Of a stretch of 64,000 bases of DNA, positions 40,380-54,286 are shown one piece after another (the first letter of the stretch is position 1; every line of letters begins with the position of its first letter). The position numbers and the translations under genes are program-made. Where the stretch lies: positions 28,830,001-28,894,000 of the forward strand of contig NC_043008.1 in assembly GCF_006345805.1 (NCBI RefSeq), in the 5' to 3' direction. The stretch is from Octopus sinensis (lineage: Eukaryota). The notes below the pieces were generated by a model. The model worked only from the letters and a program-made list of their open reading frames with translations, was not told the DNA's origin and did no database searches.

Positions 40380-41394
40380 ACATACGATCACCAAGGAAGT
40401 TGCAAATTCGCAAGAGAACTTAGCATTAACCCAAAATAGTTGTAGAACCTGAAACCAAGCCCACAAAACAAGCAAAATGGATCAAGCAGACTGCAAAATT
40501 GAACTAGCAGAAACAATTTAAGGAGCGATGGATCTAGAAACCTCTGCATGGACCGTATATTCTTTGAACTGGAAATGTTGATGTACATGAATCAACAACC
40601 CATCATTGAACTGAAAGCAGAAACTGAAAGTTTCATATTGGCGGCACAATACCAAAGCTTTCTCACAAACAATCTACCAGCCTAACGTTTTTCAAAACTG
40701 TTCTAATCCTAAATGCACATTCTGCGACACGTTTCACGAAACGGTTGTCCATCTTGTCTCGGGATGATACCAAACAAATACAAAAATCGCCACGATTGAA
40801 AATATGTAAAGACTGCAAAAGCAGTACTTCTACTAACTGGTACCAACCCCGTCTGGGGCAGTTGCTGAAAGTAATATTTCCACTATCTTCTGGGATTTCC
40901 AATCAACACTGACAGAACGATCAGGCTGATCGAGCAGACATAATTATATAAGACAGGTAAGAAAGGACTTGTACACTAATAAAAGTAAGTGTTCAAACTA
41001 ATAATAATGTGTCTCTCAAGGAATTTGACAAACTAAGTAAATACAAGGACCTGAAAATTGAAATACAAAAGATATGGCATCTTAAAACGAGAACTGTTCC
41101 TGTTATTTTACGTTCTTCAGGTATGATAAAAAGGATGTCAGAAACTAAAAGACACGATACTAAAAGAACCATGTCTCAGTGAAATTCAAAAGATTGTGCT
41201 GACAAGTACTGCCCACAACCTAAGAAAATGCCTATCCATTTAAATGTGTGATGTATTACATGAAGCTATTTCACTACATCCCCCCACACAAGATTTTAGT
41301 CATGCTGTAAAATCTCTTATCTTTCGCTCGCTCTACGGCACTGGGTGTATTTCGGCAAGTGACTGTAACAAACATGCAGATTAAAAGTAAAAAC
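40380..41394 (+). mobile_element. 5'-truncated, decayed R4/Dong-type retrotransposon (fragment B)
   Basis: Frameshifted pieces KPLHGPY, ELKAETESFILAAQYQ, KCTFCDTFHETVVHLVSG, IFWDF, KEFDKLSKYKDLKIEIQKIWHLKTRTVPVI, EIQKIVLTSTAHNLRKCLSI* (stop 41241-43), ~150 bp 3' UTR, then (AAC)n(TAA)n. Confidence 0.85.
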
Positions 41395-41395
41395 G

Positions 41396-41471
<76 letters not shown>

Positions 41472-41511
41472 TAATAATAATAATAATAATCGTAAGTCTA
41501 ATAATATTGAT

Positions 41512-41542
<31 letters not shown>

Positions 41543-41672
41543 GTAATAATAACAATAATAATAATAATAATAATCGTAACTCTAATAATAATGATAATAT
41601 TAATAATAATAATAATAATAATGATAATAATGATCGTAATAATAATAATACTAATAATAATAATATATAATA

Positions 41673-41703
<31 letters not shown>

Positions 41704-41732
41704 AATAATAATAATAATAACTGCATCAGGGC

Positions 41733-41816
<84 letters not shown>

Positions 41817-41825
41817 TAATAATAA
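41396..41825. repeat. Long compound (AAC)n-(TAA)n microsatellite
   Basis: Direct reading; gives poly-N/I/L ORF artefacts. Confidence 0.95.
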
Positions 41826-42381
41826 ATGCCCTGATGCAGTAGCAGGCAGTAGATCTCGTGGCTTCTGATCTTAACTGATTAGATGTGTTATCATGTACGT
41901 TGTTTTGTATTGGTATAAATGATGGGCTACAGCAAACATTCTGCTCAATACCGCAAATATGCTTGTCAGTTGTTTGGTCTTAACCAGTTGACCATGTCCC
42001 TTAGTGACTGACGATATGTGCATCTCTGATCACAAGCAGAAGCAGTGGGGGAGCATCATAGCCATGTGTTGAGAGGGATTCTTTGGGGTCTGAATGATTC
42101 ACCTCTGGTAACATGTGCGTTTTGTTTAACATCCTTAAACCACCCTTATTCGGGGAACTTTTGAGCGAGATGTGTTACTCGACCAGAAGAAAATTCTAAC
42201 TGGGCCCCACCTGCAATGTCATGGGTTGTTTATCTTGATATGAGATCACGATTTCGCGCATATATGGTTGTGATGCATGTGCCTAGTGTACCCTTATCAG
42301 ATGGGTAGTCATGATGGGTATACTGGGCTTCGTATATTTTACCCCAGTGTCACTTTGATGGCATGCGCTGCTCTCTCACTC
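41826..42381 (+). mobile_element. ~555 bp non-coding interspersed repeat lying between TAA tracts
   Basis: Sharp start ATGCCCTGATGCAGT after (TAA)n and sharp end CTCTCTCACTC before AATAATAAT; no ORF and no tRNA head. I recognise it as a common octopus repeat (unverified). Confidence 0.6.
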
Positions 42382-42832
42382 AATAATAATAACAATAATA
42401 TTAATGATGAATTTGATGAAAAAAAATAACATATGTCAATGGAGGACTAAATAAACAAACAGTATTAGATTAGAGACTAAGAAAATATCTATGATAAAAT
42501 ATTCCGACGTCTAAGAAATGGTAAAATTTATGAAATATCACGTCGTAGCCAAGTATCTGAAGCAAGTGTGGAAGACAATAACAATTATTCCTGATATTAT
42601 TGGCGTACTCTGTAAAGCCAAAATTACTATCTAAGAGCCTGAGAGACTGGAATTAAGATTTGCATTGCCGACTTGCAGAAAAATACCATCCTACCTCTGC
42701 TAGTATACTAACAAATTGTATTGGCATATGTGGAGACTTGTCACCAAGACTTAAAATAAGATCCATACTAATTAAATTAGTATTTAAAAGCTTAACAAAA
42801 AGTACGTGTTGCTCTTGTATTTATATTGTTTA

Positions 42833-43065
42833 CCTATTTTTTTATTACCCACAAGGGGCTAAACATAGAAGGGACTAACAAGGGCAGACAAAGGCATTAA
42901 GTCGATGTAATCGACCCCAGTGCGTAACTGGTACTTATTTAATCGATCCCGAAAGGATGAAAGGCAAAGTCGACCTCGGCGGAATTTGAACTCAGAACGT
43001 AGCGGCAGACTTAATACCGCTAAGCATTTCGCCCGGCGTGCTAACATTTCTGCCAGCTCGCCACC
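42833..43065 (-). mobile_element. SINE family B, near complete
   Basis: Minus strand GGTGGCGAGCTGGCAGAAATGTTAGCACGCCGGGCG...GAGTTCAAATTCCGCCGAGGTCGAC...AGCCCCTTGTGGGTAATAAAAAA; B-box-like GAGTTCAAATTCC. Confidence 0.85.
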
Positions 43066-46000
43066 CTATTTCTGTTGTATACCATTAGCTACATAATCTT
43101 AGAATAGAAAATGTACTGTCGCATAAAATAACCGTGAATATAAATTTGAAAGAAAATCTTATCCTCAGTTTAACTTCAGGAAAATATCAAAATATATGGA
43201 CACATATTAGTAAATAAGGGCATGAGTTTAGATAATAAATCTAGGGGTATCTTCAATATGTTATATACATGTTTTTTTTTTCGATGTTTGTGCAGCCTGT
43301 TCCTACAAAAGAAATACCAGAAGTTACCATCAACATAGTGACCTAACTCTCTAATTTGTGCATGACTTTCAGTGTCCGAAACTTGTGAAAGAGACATGGA
43401 TCACTGTATCACAAACGCTCATTAAGCTTTCGGAAGACTCCGCAAATGCGTATTCTAAAACCATGACTTCTCTTTCCAAATAATACACTTGCTGTTCCAA
43501 GATTTTGTCAGCTCCACTTTCCTCAACGAATCCTGACACGAACAACGAACTCTTCAATCGATTAAAAATGTCGAGGAATGTGGCTGCCATCCTCAAGCAT
43601 CACCGCATGTTGCCAGAATGTCCTCTGAATGGCCACTTCAAGTCTTACGCGGACCATCCTCTGCAACAAGTACCTCTACGGAAAATGACATCGAGGAGCC
43701 TTCGATTGTGGTTGTTTCACATTCAAGGAGATGAGGAAGACTGGAGATATAAAAAGAAAGCAACAGATGGCCCGAAAACTCCAGCCACGACCACTATCGA
43801 TAAAAATCCGATACCTTGAAATCAGTGTCAGATTTAAGCCTTATGGAGGCACGGATGAACCAGACTTCAACACAAGTGGTGTCGCAGCTGCGGACAAGTA
43901 CGATGACGTATAATAGCGGTAGCAGCTGGAAACTCTGCAGTAACAATTCAAAAGAAAATGCTATAAGTTCAATCCATTCATATTCTACACCAAGAATTTT
44001 TGAGAGGTTGGGGAGGTTTCAGTTCTGAGGAAAACATGATCCTCAAGTGCAACCAACAGTTAAGTGACTATTATCAAACGACCTCGTCCCTAGTTTGTCG
44101 CTATGTCTTCTGCCGCTTGGCTTGAGTAGAAAAATCCGTCTGGCGATTCTTTCTTTTGACATTTTATTCACATCAGCAGAGTATTGATACCTAAATTCTC
44201 TATGCGGATAAGTAAAGGTTCGAACTGGAGAGACTCTCCGATCTCTGAGCTACTCATCCTATCAAGTACCGTTGTTTCAGAGATCATTTGTCGGAATCTC
44301 ATTTAGGCCACTGGTATTTGCGGTCATGCTTTTTCCGGCATTACAAAATATTCGTCCTCATAGGTGTTGATAAACACGAAAGCCGATCGAATGTAGCAAA
44401 TTTGGCCTGTTTTAGCAACTTCTATTCTGAGTATCAAGTCTTAGAACATGATAGGCCTTCCTTGAGCCTAAGCCTTAGGTGAAAAGCTCTCACTGCCACC
44501 TAGTGAGAATCCCTCCGAGAAAAAATGCGGAAGACGGGAGCTTGTGAATATCCCTAGTTTCACTTGTGCAGATATAGGTGGCACCATACCCGTTTCCATC
44601 CTATGAATATCAGAGTCTCAGGACCTTGTAGAATAGACAACGTCTATATCTACCCGTTGGCATTTTGCTTCCTCTAGTAGATATTGCTATTTACTTGGAA
44701 GGGTTGTGAAATTCCAATTTCAAATTATCAATTACTCTCTCTTCTTGATTCAGCTTCCGGGTTCAGGGACACACAGTGTTTCTGCTTCACACCTCTTGGA
44801 ACAACTTCTTGGCTTATTGCTGGTTGTGCTGACATTGGTCGCAGATTGTCATTTATTTTTCGAACGGAGACATTTGAGATCCGAAATCGACACTTATTCT
44901 GCATAACTGATGATTATATCAATTTACAATGCGAGTAATTATAAATGTGGTCAAACTGTCTCTTTCAGGTGTAGAGAACTAAGAAAATTATCATCAAATA
45001 CAAAATATTACAAGATTACTATTGTGATTATGTTGTCTTTCGGTGGCAACTGTTATTTCCTATTTGCTTACTCGTAGAAAGTATGAAAAATGACTAATAT
45101 TTCCACCAATTTTAGCTTTTACATTTATTCAATATTCAATGAATCCCTTTCAGCAATACCTGTGGTATTGAGGAGAATATTTGCAATAACGATATTGCTG
45201 CTTCAGCAACTCGGCGCCAAATTTGTCTGAAGGGTAATGGAACATAGGTACGTTTTAAAACATTAATGTCCAGGTCAGAACAGAAAATTTTGAAAGGAAA
45301 AGTAGTCATTTTCTTTGATTTCTAGATAGAAGCAAATACGTAATAATACTGGCCAAGACAAAAATGAAAAAAAAAAATTTAATATTGTTACACAGATTTT
45401 AGTGTATTCTGCAACATATAGAAATAGAACCAATTAACGCATGCCAGACGGTTTCTGAATGGTTAAGTTGTCTTAGGAAAGAACAATTTACTTTATTGTA
45501 CTCATAAAAGAGCCACGATTACTGAAGAGAATTCATCGCTTACTTTTAAAGCGTTTTAATAAATGTTGGAAGGTAATGCATGCCAGGTATATTAACAAAA
45601 ATAACTAAATTTATGGCCTGGAAGGATTTTCAGATCAATACACTCAATTTTGTAAACGCTGTAATTACCTCTAATGGAGTTTATATATTATTTAAATGAT
45701 AAAGAAATACATATTTATCTATCATTTTTCCGTTCAAATTAAGAAAAGCAATTCTGCTAACTACAATAGATAATAATAAGAACAATCATCTCTAAGGCTG
45801 TTGCTACAAGATATAGATAGCAGAATACACAGTTGTGGTAGTAAATATTCAGTAAATCACTTAAAACACAAACGAATATATCTCTCTATCTACCGGTGTG
45901 CTTTTCTTTATATCCATTTATCTGGATATTTATCTATCTAAATATTTTCATATTTTCCGCTCTGTCTGCCTCTGTATATGTTTATTTGTGTGAATACTCA

Positions 46001-46477
46001 TTCATACACTCGCGTGCATAAATATGTATGCATGCATATATGTATGTAATCAAGTATATATGTATGGATGGATGAATGGATGCATGCATGCATGTATACA
46101 GGTAAGCATGTAGCTATTTATGCAAACAAGATTACAGTTACATAACAAATATATAATTAGAGATATATATTTTAATCTCATCCTTTAGGTATCGAAATGA
46201 ATTTTGATAATTTCCTAATGCGGAATAAATTAAAGAATAATTGATATCGGATTTCATTTCCATTGTATCGAATGTAAGTTTAATATGATTTGTATAAAAT
46301 AGTTAGTATTCACAAAGGCTGATTCTACGAAATGTCTTATAAACTTATAAATATTAAACTACATCTGGTCAGGCTTCAAACGTGTTGTCTACAGTGGCAT
46401 AACTTTTTATGATGAATAATTTGCAATGTTTTTCGTTTTAAAATGTTTTTGTTTCTCAAAATAATAATAATAATCAG

Positions 46478-46671
46478 GTGCAGCAGTGGATGCGTGGTAA
46501 GTAGCTTGTTTACCAACCCCATGGTTCCAGATTCAGTCACATTGCGTGGCAACTTGGGCAAGTATTTTCTACTATAGCCTCGGGCCGACCAAAGCCTTCT
46601 GAGCGGATTTGGTAGACGGAAACTGAAAGAAGCCCGTGGTGTATAAATATATATATATGTGTGTGTGTGTA

Positions 46672-46711
<40 letters not shown>

Positions 46712-46913
46712 TATTTGTGCCTGTTCATACCCCGGCCATCGCTTGAGAACCGATTCTGGTGTATTTACGTCCCCGTAACATAGCGGTTCGGCAAGACACC
46801 AATAGAATGAGTACTAGGCTTACAAAAAATAAGTCCTGGGGTCGATGTGATCGTGTAAAGGCGGTGCTCCAGCATGGCCGTAGTCAAATGACTGGAAAAA
46901 GTAAAAGAATAAA
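46478..46913 (+). mobile_element. SINE family A, complete, with internal (TA)/(TG) tract and TAA tail
   Basis: tRNA-like head GTGGATGCGTGGTAAGTAGCTTG, central GGGCCGACCAAAGCC...TTTGGTAGACGGAAACTGAAAGAAGCCCG, 3' GGCGGTGCTCCAGCATGGCCGTAGTCAAATGACTG, then (TAA)n to ~47019. Confidence 0.88.
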
Positions 46914-46922
46914 ATAATAATA

Positions 46923-46955
<33 letters not shown>

Positions 46956-46978
46956 TAATAATAATAATAATAATAATA

Positions 46979-47020
<42 letters not shown>

Positions 47021-47797
47021 GGAAGGCGGCTGGACGTGACAGAGGATGGACGTATTTTTACGATGCTCTGAACTGGCAACAGCGAACCCAGCAGGTCAAC
47101 TGTAGAAAACTGGAAGATCTACTGTTTTCTGTAAGTAATTTGAATTACCCTCAAAATAAGTAAAAAAAAAAAACTTACATATCTACGGCTCATACAAACG
47201 TACACCTAACAAGAAAAATTAGAAACATAAATATCTCCAATTCTGTGTGAACATTTACATTTAGTCGTCTCTCATGACTATAAGAATGTGTAAAATTGCC
47301 TTTTAAATTACCTTTTATTGTAACAACACAATTAAATGCACGATAAAAAGTTATGGAATTAAGCACCTACTACTATATACATACAACTGAATTCAGAAAT
47401 TTAAAAAATATACATAACATTGAACTCAGAAAGTTATTTAAAAAAGAAAAAAAAAAAATCTTCGACGAAAACATCAGATAATATGTGTGAGTGAATATAC
47501 ATGTATATACATATACATATGCATGTGGAAGAAGAAAAGAGAACGGGAGAAGAAAAAAAAAATAAATAATAAATAAACGTAAACAGTTTGACCTTTTACT
47601 GACCATTAACGTCCTTTGTCTCCACCATCTACCGTGGCTATTTATAGACCCAAAGAACATGAATTCTTTAACCACCCATTCTCCAACACAATGGAGTGTT
47701 GATGGTGGCTGTGGCTACACATTGAAGATGATGATGGTGATGGTGATGTTGCTGATGATGGTGATGGTGGGGAAGATGATAGTAATAACAATAATAA

Positions 47798-50700
47798 CTG
47801 ACAGATCCCGTCTTTTTCCCTTTCTTTTCGTTTCCTTCTCCGTATTTTATTCTCATTATTTCGAACTAATACAGACACAGTAAGCCTTGAAGAAAGGAAG
47901 AGGAGGAAAGGAGGAAAAAAAAATGTCCGGAGATAAAACTATCAACAAAAAAAATACAGACGAATATAGATCTGCTAGTCTTAAGAAGCGGCGCTATGAG
48001 CAATGCTTACATGTAGTGAACCCTAAACTGACAGATCCATCTCCTAATATAAGAATGGATGCTCGTCATGCTTCAAGGTCAACAAATCAAACAATAAACC
48101 GCATTGGTCATTGCGCGGATTACAAAAGACCACGTACCCGAAAATTGAACCAAATCCTGATTGAAAAATCAGTTACTGGATCAAATCTTCCCAACACACA
48201 GGAGCTGGACGAACCCCACAACCGGAATATTCCAACAGATGGCCATCCATGCTCATCACCAAATAATCAAAAGAAAAAGAAGGAAAAATGGTCTAGGGAA
48301 GATAATAAAGAAGTTCTCGAGGCCTTCTACCATGCCATATATTTCCCCACAGATAAGTCTAGCACTGTACAAGCATACTTAAACTGGAGACAGAAACACC
48401 CTGAAGTAAGACCCTACATAGACAGTAACAAGCTTGCCAATGTTAGAAGAAACATTATAAAAAAGAAATTACTGACTGAAGTAGAGATTGATCAGGTTAG
48501 ACAAGCAATATCGGATAAAATGAACGAAGCTGCAGCTAGAGAAGATTATACAGAGAAATGATTATAGACCAGCCCAGGGCGGATAAAAACGAAGAGAGGA
48601 TTGAAAAGTTAGTATAAGTGATAGGCAAAGTGAAATACGCCCTGAACCAATCATAAACACTAAGACAGATGAGCATCAAATAGATAAAGAAAGTCACACA
48701 AATATTGACCCAACAGAACTACATGAGCTAAAAAATCAAATCATGATTGAATGGCTGAAAATTAAAGAAACCAGCATGGATGAGCGTGATACACTTCCTA
48801 AAATCCGCAACTCTAACCAAAACATGAAAATAATTGGTAAAATCCGGCTTGCACTTAAGGATATAATTTCAGTGAATGATGTTGATATCACAAACCTCAA
48901 CCACCTATACTATGCATCCGCGAAAATCTCAACGATCCTATGTGGTGTAAAGATTAGAAAACGGCAACAGTCCCACAAAAAGCCTTCTTGGCAAGAGCGT
49001 CTGCAACAACAAATTAAAGTATTTAGATCTGACATTGTATATTTGAAAAACCTTAAGGCTCACAAGACTACCAAACCTACAAAAACACAAAAATTACTGA
49101 AAAAATACAATATGAAAACTATACTTGATATTGATGCCACCATAGAAACCATCAAACAAAAGGTATCTGCCAAAGCTACCCGCATAGCGAGGTATGAAAA
49201 GCGTGTTAGATTTTTCAAGGACAACAACATGTTCAAAAATAACACCAAGAATTTTTATAGGAAAAACAGCGTTTACTGCAGGGTCTGCACCATCAAAAGA
49301 AGAAGTGCAGAGATTTTGGAATAAAATCTGGGCAGAAGAAAAAACACACAACGAAAAGGCCCCCTGGATTGACAGAATATCTACAGAACTGGACCCTTAG
49401 AAGAGCAAAAGTGGGAGGGTGTCAAGGTAGAAGATATAAGATCTGCTCTCAGGAGGTCAAGCAAATGGAAGTCTCCAGGAAAGGATAAAATTCCTAACTT
49501 CTGGCTGAATGCCTTCCCAGAGAGCCATGAACTGCTAACATAACTGTACAATGATGTTCTGCAACACCCTAGTAGGATGCCTCCTTGGCTAGTTAATGGG
49601 TTAACATTCCTGCTTCAAAAAGTGAAGAAACAAATGAACCAAAAAACTATAGACCATAACCTGCTTAACAACTATGTACAAAACTCTAACATCTGTCCTG
49701 ACGGAATATACCTATAGTTTTTTAACAGACAGCAGCATATTCCCTAATGAACAGAAAGGATGTAAACGTGGATCCTACGGCTGTAAAGACCAACTACTCA
49801 TCAATAAGATGATCTTAGAAGATTGTCACAAACGACACAAAAACTTATCAATAGCCTGGATAGACTATAAAAAGGCTTTTGATAGCCTACCACATAGCTG
49901 GATTAGGAAATGCCTTGAAATGTATAAGATAGCACCAACTCTGCGAAACTTCTTGACTGTAAGTATGAGATAATGGAGAACCACACTAACTCTGAACAGT
50001 GACAGTGAATCCCTAAATGCTGGTGATGTAAAATTTTCGTGTGGCATTTTCCAGGGTGACTCACTGTCACCACTCCTCTTTTGTTTATCCTTAATACCTC
50101 TCTCGAAGCTGCTCAATGACGCGCAGTACGGGTATAAAATGTTTGATAAAAATATAAATCATCTCGTTTACATGGATGATTTAAAGCTTTTTGCAAAAAA
50201 TTATCAACAACTCAAGGGCTTACTAGCGATAGTCAAACAATTCAGTGACGACATCAGAATGCATTTCGGCCTCGATAAATGTGCAAAGGCTACCTTTATC
50301 AAAGGAAAAATGACAGAAACATCTAACGTTAACCTTGACCAACAGAATGTCATAAAAGAACTAGACCCAGCGGAGAGCTACAAGTACCTAGGGGTAATTG
50401 AAGGGAACGGAATAAGGCATTCAGAGATGAAGCAAAGGATCAGGAGAGAATGCTAGCGAAGAGTGAGAGCAATACTCAAGACAGAGCTGAATGCAAGAAA
50501 CAGGATCGAAGCAATCAATGCATTAGCTATACCAGTCGTGACTTACAGTTTCAATATTGTTAACTGGTCAATTACTGAAATATGTCAGCTCGACAGAAAA
50601 ATAAGGAAACTGTTGACAATGCATAGAATGCACCACCCTAAGGCAGATACAGAACGACTCTATCTGCCAAGAAAAGAGGGAGGCTGTGGTCTTTTGCAAC

Positions 50701-51943
50701 TGGCAATAACAATGAAGATTGCTACAATTGGCCTAGACACCTACCTGAAAAACTCTGAGGACTGGATGTTAAAACTTGTCTCAAAACATGAAAACAAGAA
50801 AGCATCATACTCAGTCACAAAACAGGCAAAGGAATATCTAAGTGAATTCCGAATACAACCAATTTCGGAATTAGAGATAGACATACAAGAAACAAGCACA
50901 GAAAAAGTTAGGCGCATGAAAACCCGTGCCAAAACTGCGGCCTTAGATATTCTGAATAATAAATGGCAAGAAAAACCTCTCTACGGCAAATACCCAAAGA
51001 GAGCGAATAATGCAGATATCGACAAAGCCCTGACCCATCAATGGCTAATGGCCTCTGGCTTAAAATCTGAAACAGAGGGGTTTATCATAGCAGCTCAAGA
51101 TCAATGCCTACCAACAAGAAACTACCAGGCCAACATATTAAAGATCAGAAGCAGTCCAACGTGTCGTGTATGCAAGCAACAAAATGAAACTATTGACCAT
51201 GTGGTCTCCAAGTGCAGTCTTCTAGCGCCTACAGAGTATCTCAACAGGCACGATAGAGCTGCACAATATATTCACTGGGTAATCTGTAAAAACCTGGATT
51301 TGCCCCATGAAAAAAACTGGTGGGAACACAAACCACCCCCAGTTCTTGAAAATGACCACATCTCACTCCTCTGGAACTTCACCATTCAAACTGACAGGAA
51401 GATAGATGCAAATAGGCCAGACATCATATTGAAAGACTTCAAACAAAGAACATGCCTCCTCATTGATATGACTGTCCCAATCGATATAAACGTATCTGTC
51501 AGGACCTACCAAAAACTGAGCAAATATAAAGATCTTGAACTAGAAATCAGCAAAATGTGGAAGCTGAAGACTAAAACAATACCTGTTGTCATAGGTGCCC
51601 TGGGAATGATAGCAAAAGGGGCTGATAGCTACCTAACTCAGATACCAGGAAACCCAAAAATGGCAGAAATTCAAAAGATAGTGCTCATGGGAACTGCTCA
51701 TATCCTACGCAAAATACTCTCTATGTAACCTCAAGGTTTAACACAACCATAATTTTCGGTTTAAAAAAAAAAAAAAAAAAAAACTTTTTTTTTTTTAGAC
51801 ATTCATTAGTACAACATCCCCACCCCCCAAATATATGGCACACTAGGCATAACAACAACATGAACTTCCAACCCTGTTGTCTCTTGAGGTCTCTGGGTGA
51901 GACTTGGAGCCAACTTGTACAAATATAAAGCAAAAGTCAAACA

Positions 51944-51944
<1 letters not shown>
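47798..51944 (+). mobile_element. Near full-length R4/Dong-clade non-LTR retrotransposon (element 1)
   Basis: Single long ORF architecture (N-terminal domain, RT, CCHC, RLE); ends ...GTCAAACAG directly followed by (TAA)n at 51945; a short TAATAACAATAATAA (47783-97) precedes the likely 5' UTR (5' boundary uncertain). Confidence 0.92.
47923..51728 (+). pseudogene. R4/Dong polyprotein: Myb-like N-terminus, reverse transcriptase, CCHC knuckle, restriction-like endonuclease; a few stops/frameshifts
   Basis: WSREDN..KLANVRRNI; QKGCKRGSYGCKDQLLIN; WIDYKKAFDSLPHSWI; FQGDSLSPLLF; YMDDLKLFAK; YKYLG; RLYLPRKEGGCGL; CRVCKQQNETIDHVVSKC; RHD; RPDII..LIDMTVP; KYKDL; IPVVIGALG. In-frame stops at ~48561, 49973, 50456. 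Confidence 0.95.
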
Positions 51945-51990
<46 letters not shown>

Positions 51991-52299
51991 GTAAGAAGAA
52001 GAAAAAGAAGGAGAACAACAACAACAAAAAGTGGTACGTATGAAGGAATAAATGAATGAATTTGCCGAAGGTCATGGAATCTTTATCTTCCTGCGATCGT
52101 CGCCTTTATTATGTGTCTTCATCACTGTCTTTATATATCTGTTGTTTCGTTCCAATTACAGTTCCGATTTTAAAATTTTCACCTACATGTGCATATATGT
52201 ATATATATATATATGTTATCATAGTGATTTGCGAAGCCTCTAATCTAATACTGTTCGTTTCTTTGGTCCTTCATTTGCATATCTCATTTATTATTATTA

Positions 52300-52398
<99 letters not shown>

Positions 52399-52420
52399 TA
52401 TTATTATTATTATTATTATT

Positions 52421-54041
52421 CAGTAGTTTTATTTTTATAGTGTGCTTTCACTTCACTACCGAGCGCAGCTCTGTGTGCCTTGGGTATGTGTTGTGATTTG
52501 TTGTGATGCTCTGATGGTTACTGTATGGAATGTGTTCTGCGTAGGATATGTGTAGTGCCTAGTAGTGCAATTTTCTGTATGTTATATGTGTTTGTAAGTC
52601 TTGGTGTTTTTGTTATGTATTTATCTGAATATTTTTTTATCATGCCTAATGCACCTACTATGATAGGTATTGTTTCTGTTTTCAGATTCCACATTCTAGT
52701 TACCTCTATTTCCAGGTATTTGTATTTTGAGAGTTTCTCCATTTCTTTTAGAGACACATTGTCATCTGCCGGTATCGATACATCAATTAGAAAGCATTTT
52801 TTTTCTTCATGATCTCTGGCAACTATATCTGGCCTGTTGGCCTTAATTTCTTTATCTGTGTGTATCGGCATATCCCAGAGTATGGTTGCTTTCTCGTTTT
52901 CTGTGACCTTTTCTGGTCTGTGCCTATACCATTTTTTTTCTGTTGTTATTCCATAATGTTGACATAGCTTCCAATGTATGTAGGTTCCAACTCTGTCATG
53001 TCTGTGAATATATTCCTTCTTCGCCAGGACTGGGCAGCTAGAGATAATATGATTTATTGTTTCTTGTCCATCTCCACATATTCTGCAGTTACTTGTTATA
53101 TTTCTTTTCATTACACGTTTTTGGTAATTTCTGGTGGGGAGGCGTTGGTCTTGTGCTGCAATTAAAAATCCCTCTGCTTCTGCTTTGAGTCCTGAGCTTC
53201 TCAACCATTGCTGGGATTTTTCTTTGTCTATTTCTTTTGCGTTTAGTTTAGTGCAGTATTTACCATGAAGGGGCTTTTCTTGCCATCGTTTTATCATGGT
53301 TCGTTGCTGTTCTATTTTTAGTTTGGATTTCATTTGTTTTATAGCTTTTGTTGTTTCTTCATCTTCTTCTTCTTCTTCTTCTTCTTCTTCTTCTTCTTCT
53401 TCTTCTTCTTCTTCTTCTTCTTCTTCTTCTTCTTCTTCTTCTTCTTCTTCTTCTTCTTCTCTTCTTCTTCTTCTTATTTATTATGTGATATGATTTCTTG
53501 TTTGTATTTGTCAGCTTCCTTAAATACCGAGAACAGTTTTTTTGTTTTGCTCGTGTTTCGCCGCTATTTGTATCAGTTTTCCTTCCTTCTGAAGTAGATA
53601 TTTTTGCAGTCCTATGGTTGTTATTTATAGTAGTTTTCCCGTTGTATAAGGCCTCTACCACCTTCTATACGTTGTATATATAGTCTTTCTATGTCAGATT
53701 TTGGGTGATGCATCCTAGATCCTGTCATTATTTTTCTTGTTTTCCTATCTATTTTGGTCAATTCATTTCGTGTCCGGTTAAGGATATTGTAGCTGTAACT
53801 TATAACTGGGACAGCTAAAGTGTTAATACCTATTATCTTGTTTTTAGCATTGAGCTCTGTTTTTAGTATTGATCTAACTCGTCTATAATATTCTTTTTTT
53901 TTCTCTTTCATTTGTGTGTGTTGTGTCTTATCTAGTTCATGGATTCCTAAGTATTTGTAAGTTTGGCTTTGGTCTAATTCTTTTATTTCATTGGTTTTAA
54001 CTAGTGTGATGTTGCTACTCTTAACTAGTTTTCCTCTTTTC
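52421..54041 (-). mobile_element. 5'-truncated R4/Dong copy (element 3), same family as element 2
   Basis: Highly similar to 54191-55721 including the 3' UTR ending AAAATAAAACTACTG, followed by (TAA)n at 52287-52420; CRICGDGQETINHIISSC and RPDIV motifs; internal (GAA)n expanded. Confidence 0.95.
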
Positions 54042-54193
<152 letters not shown>

Positions 54194-54286
54194 TAGTTTT
54201 ATTTTTATAGCGTGCTTTCACTTCACTACCGAGCGCAGCTCTGTGTGCCTTGGGTATGTGCTGTGATTTGTTGTGATGTCTGATGG

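Noticed and set aside
47021-47797. Treating GGAAG after the 47019 TAA tract as the 5' end of element 1
   Set aside because: The intervening ~780 bp is ordinary low-complexity sequence; a boundary near 47798 fits better, though unproven.
51763-51796. A21-C-T12 run in the 3' UTR of element 1 as a poly(A) tail or terminator
   Set aside because: The element continues ~150 bp beyond it to the TAA junction; likely homopolymer expansion.
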